Origin: Malacoraja senta
Taxonomy: Eukaryota
Reading direction: 5' to 3'
DNA: 64,000 nucleotides
Assembly: GCA_038087875.1 (NCBI GenBank)
Contig: CM075992.1
Span: 12,712,001 to 12,776,000 of the forward strand
Notes under the pieces: model-generated
The model's input: only the letters and a program-made list of their open reading frames with translations
Databases searched by the model: none
Told to the model about the DNA's origin: nothing
Program-made: the position numbers and the translations under genes
Part shown: positions 12,230-64,000 of the stretch, piece after piece
Position numbering within the stretch: the first letter of the stretch is position 1
How the letters are laid out: each line of letters begins with the position of its first letter

Positions 12230-14255
12230 AACCAGATGAACTTAGTGTAGATCTTAATTCGGTGCTTGGGACGGTGATATTGTGGCCATTGCAGAAAATG
12301 TGGTTGCGAGAAGGACATGACTGCAACCTAATGTTGCAGGTTTCAGATGTGACAAAGAAGGAGGGCAAAGAGGTGAAGGAGTTACTCCAATAATCAGGGA
12401 GAAGGTCACTGCCTCACATAGAGAAAACATGCTGTGGGGTAGAGCTCTAAACTAAGAAAGATACAAGCAATCCAATGGGATTGTACTATAGGTCCCTCAA
12501 TAGCCATCAGGACAGTAGAACAAATATGTAGACGGAAATATGCCAAACTCACATGGTTATCTCAGTAGATGACTTTAATTTCCCCATATGGATTGGGACT
12601 TACTGAGTACCGAGAGTTTAGACAGGGTAGAATTTGTGAGCTTGATCCACAATGTTTTCCTGAAATAGTACATGGAAAGTCCAGCCCGAGAAGGGAACAT
12701 ACTTATCCATGTGTTGGGAAACGAATCAGGCCAAGTGACTGGTGTTACGGTGGAAGAGCATTTTGGGGATAGTGATCATGACTCCGTATGTTTTAGTTTG
12801 TTTTGTATTGGGATAAATTTGGACTTTGCTGTAAGGTTCTAAATTGGAGTTGCACATTATGTTGTTATTAGACCGGAGCTCAGGAGGTAATATTGGAAGC
12901 AGTTGTTAGTAAGTCCACATTGACATTTGGCAGTCATTTAAAGGCCATTTGATTATAATTCCAGATCGGCATCATCCAGTAAGCACGAGGGATAAGGATT
13001 GCAAAGTAAGAGAACGTTGTATGACTGAAGAGGTTGTAAATTGGGTCAAAAGTAAAGAACAACTGTATGCAAGTTTAAGATGGAATCAGACAGGGTCTAA
13101 AAGGAATGTAAATCAAGCAAAGAACACAAGCAGGCAATTAGAAGGCCCAAAAGGGGCCACAAATTGACTTTGGCAAATCAGATTAAAGTAAACCCTACAT
13201 TTTGTAACTACATTTAAAAAACAAGGGTCAGCATGGATTAGGTTGGACCACTCAAGGATAAGGGAGGGAACTTGTACTTGGTCAAGGGTCAGGTAAATAA
13301 ACAAGTATATTGCATCTCTTTACACCAAAGACATGGAGGATCAGTGTGGAGAATACTAATATGCAAGAGCAGTTTGAGATTAAGCAACAGTAGGTGTTGG
13401 GACTCTTAAAGACCATTAAGGTGCATGAATACTCATGGCCTGATAGGATTTATCCCAGGTTATTGAAAGCATCAAGAGGGCAGGAGCCTTGACGAAGATC
13501 TTTGCATCTTCTCTAAGCACAGACCACATCCCAGAAGACTGAAGGGTCACTAATGTTGTTCCTTTGTTTAAGAAGGGAAGTAGAGAGAATCCAGGGAATT
13601 GTAGCTCAATAAGCCCCACGTCAGCGAGGAAGATATTGGAGAGAATTTTTCAGTATCGGATTTATACCCATTTGCAAGAGAATGGGTAAGATAGACACAG
13701 CCAGCATGGCTTTGTTCATGCTAGATTGTGTTTTAGTAACTTGATGTAGTCTTTTGTGGAGACGATGAAGATGATTAATGACGGTAGAGCAGTGGTTGTT
13801 GTCTACATGGATTTTAGTAAGACATTTGTTAAAGGTCCCATGGTTTGTTGACTCAGAACATTATGATGCATGGGATAAACAGTGACTTGGTCATATGGAT
13901 TCAGAACTGCCTTACAGATAGAAGGCAGAGGACTGTGGTGGAAACACAATATTCAGGTTGGAGGTCTGTGACAAGTGGAGTCCCACAGGGATCTGTTCTG
14001 GGACCTATGCTGTTTATGATATATATAAATGACTTGGATGTGAATGTTATTGGGTATTTAGTAAATTTGCAGATGACACCAAGATTGAAGGGTTCACAGA
14101 CTGTAGGAAGGCTGTCAAAGTATACAGTGGGATATAGATCAGCTACAGGGATCTGCGGAGAAATGGCAGATGGAAATATCAAATACTGGAGGGCGTATCT
14201 TTAAGGTGAGAGAAGCAAAGTTTAAAGGAGATGCGCGTGGCAAGTTTTTTACCTG
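12230..14255 (+). mobile_element. Old degenerate CR1 ORF2 fragment (paralog at about 33985-35700)
   Basis: [24 protein letters not shown] motif, with endonuclease remnants upstream; many stops. Confidence 0.75.
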
Positions 14256-16508
14256 AAACACATTCCACCTTGTTACAGCTCTTGCACTTTTTCTTGGCTG
14301 CACTTTCTCTATTGAAACATAGAAACATAGAAAATAGGTGCAGGAGCAGGCCATTCGGCCCTTTGAACCAGCACCGCCATTCATTGTGATCACGGCTGAT
14401 CGTCCCCTATCAATAACCCGTGCCTGCCTTCTCCCCATATCCCTTGACTCCATTAGCCACTAGAGCTCTATCTAACTCTCTCTTAAATCCATCCAGTGAC
14501 TTGGCCTCCACTGCCCTCTGTGGCAGGGAATTCCACAAATTCACAACTCTCTGGGTGAAAATATAGCTGTAACATTATATTCAGCACTCTGTTTTCTTTC
14601 TCTTTTTGCACCACCTGTTGTACCTATGTATGTGATTTGACTGGATAACCCATGATACACCGATTTTCATCGTATATCAGCACATGTGATATAGTTTATT
14701 AGTGGCACAGTGGCACGACTGACAGAGCTGCTGACTCACAGCGCCAGGAACCTGAGTTTGATCCTGGCCTCGGGCACTGTATGCTGGTTGCTAACCATTT
14801 TAACTCCCCTTCCCATTTCCATACTGACCTGTCCTGGGCCTCGTCCATTGCCAGAGTGAGGCCATGCGCAAACTGGAGGAACAGCATCTCGTATACGCCT
14901 TTAACTTACAATTCAATGGCATTAACATTGAGTTCTCCAACATGAGGTAACTAATTCAAAAACAACCCTCGCCCCCTTTTTCTCCCCCCCCCCTTTTATT
15001 CCCCGTCTCTTCCCTGTGGCCAAGCCGGATTCTCACCTATTTCTGCACCTCCGTCCCCTTCCATCTATATACCTTTCTATGGATTTATCATTCAACCTAT
15101 TCTATCCTAATCTCACATTTGTTTGTCTTTTCATGCCTGGCCTTTGTCCAATCATCTGTCAATCTGCACCCTCACCATTTGTATTACATATCACTTGCCA
15201 GGCTTTGTCCTGCCCCGAATTCTCTTCCAGGTTTCTCCCCCCCCCCCCCCCCCCCCACACGACAACCCGAAATGTCACCTGTACCTGTTCTCCAGTGATG
15301 CTGCCTGGTCTGCTGAGTTACTCCAGCACTTTGAGTCTTTTTCTATAAGCCAGCATCTGCAGTTCCTGAATGGCGGATGGTATGGATGGTTCAACGCGTA
15401 TCCATGACGCCAAGATGGGGAAAGCTGAGGCAAGGTCAGGGTACCTCACTCTGCCTCAAGTTTCCCAGTCTCCCCACCTTCAATCACCAGGTGTCTCTAA
15501 CCCTATCAAGGGAAGACTGCTCATTCTGGAATCGCATTGCCTCAAGAGCCAGTGTATCAGCGATTGAAGATTGGACAAAGCTAACCACCCTTACTTTCAG
15601 ATCACACCAAAGCCTTCGGTTGTGAAAAGTCCAAGAAAATTGTTCTATTTCTCTTGTTATGAATATTTGAATGAGAGTGAAACATGAGGTAGTCTAGGAG
15701 GCACGAGAGATCGCAGATGCTGGGATCTGGCACAACAAAGGAGAGTTGTCAGTGGGTCAGGCAGCATTTCTGGTGGAAAATGGACAGGTTCTGACCTGCA
15801 ATTGGGTAGAAAGAATAGAAGGGAGATAGTCACTGCAAAGAGTGGGTGTGGACTTGGGGCAAGTGTGGCAAGTGATAGGTGGATACAGATGAGGAAGGGT
15901 TAATTAGCAGATGGAGTGAGGTGGGGCAGGGAAGGTTGGAGAGAGAGACAGGGACCAGGAGGTGATGTGGAAACAAGAAAAGGCTGCGGATTCTGGAATT
16001 TGATAGGAAAGCAAGGTGAAGAGTGAATCAATATGGGAAGAATAGTGGGGGATGGGAACAACGGAGGGGGGAGGGGGTCCACTGGGAGGGATGTGTGGTG
16101 ATGGGTAGGTGGGAGGAGGAGTGAGGGGTATTGTGAGAAGCAGGGGTAGGCAAGACTCCTTGTAATGACATAACACACTTCACAAAAATCAGAAAGAATC
16201 TAAGTTTGCTGATGTAGATGTGGGAGTAACAGAGGAGCAGAGAGGCAGCGGCTTTGTCCGTTTAGGCCCTTTGCTCAGACGGTTGTGAGTCTACCTGTTC
16301 CTCACTGTGGAGCCACAGTTGTTGAGGACACACCAAGCTGACATTGTGAATGTTGATTGAATCAAGGGATGGTGGAGATGGAGGGACAGGTCACGGTAGG
16401 ACCAGGAATGATCAGCTGTGGAGTGTGAGGACTGGCATGGGCAACAGACCACTCATCCCTTCTTGGTGTTTATTAAACCATGGATCTTTTTTCTTCTCTT
16501 CCATCCAG

Positions 16509-63746
<47,238 letters not shown>

Positions 63747-64000
63747 GTGAGTAACAACTTCTGGGCAGGAATGTTTCAGTGGGATACGGGCCAAACGCTG
63801 GCAGGTGGGACTAGGGTAGATGGGGCAGCTTGGTCAGCATGAGCAAGTGGGGCCGAACGACCTGTTTCCATGCTGTGTGACTCTATGCCTCTGATATGGA
63901 AATGTCACTGCTCTATAGCTGATTTATTCCAACACAGTGAGAGGCCATTTGGTCCATTGGATCCATGCAAGCTCCCAGCAGACTGATCGCAGCAGTCCCA

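Noticed and set aside
15900..16178. Proline-rich ORFs (also 41237-41524)
   Set aside because: Purine/pyrimidine-biased low-complexity sequence next to Penelope remnants; the frame is not conserved between the duplicated units.

Overview
Eukaryotic (vertebrate) genomic DNA. The repeat content (HER1/CR1 LINEs, V-SINE/HE1-type SINEs, Neptune-type Penelope elements) points to a cartilaginous fish, probably a skate or ray (inference). The window holds the middle of a + strand adhesion GPCR gene of the ADGRE/EGF-TM7 family. Ten GT-AG exons splice into one open frame covering two Ca-binding EGF repeats, the stalk, GAIN/GPS and TM1-TM4; the gene's 5' and 3' ends lie outside the window. The EGF-bearing part is an old tandem duplication (unit A <1-16.6 kb, unit B about 28.3-41.9 kb) that left two broken EGF pseudo-exons. 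The introns are packed with mobile DNA: three DIRS1-type tyrosine-recombinase retrotransposons, all inserted at an ATT core; an internally deleted class I-like ERV nested in one DIRS; a full-length L1-clade element carrying a related solo LTR; many CR1 copies; Penelope fragments with hammerhead-like motifs; a Rex/Babar-like fragment; SINEs; and a hAT-type MITE. All calls were read by eye from the sequence and the ORF track; no database search was run.
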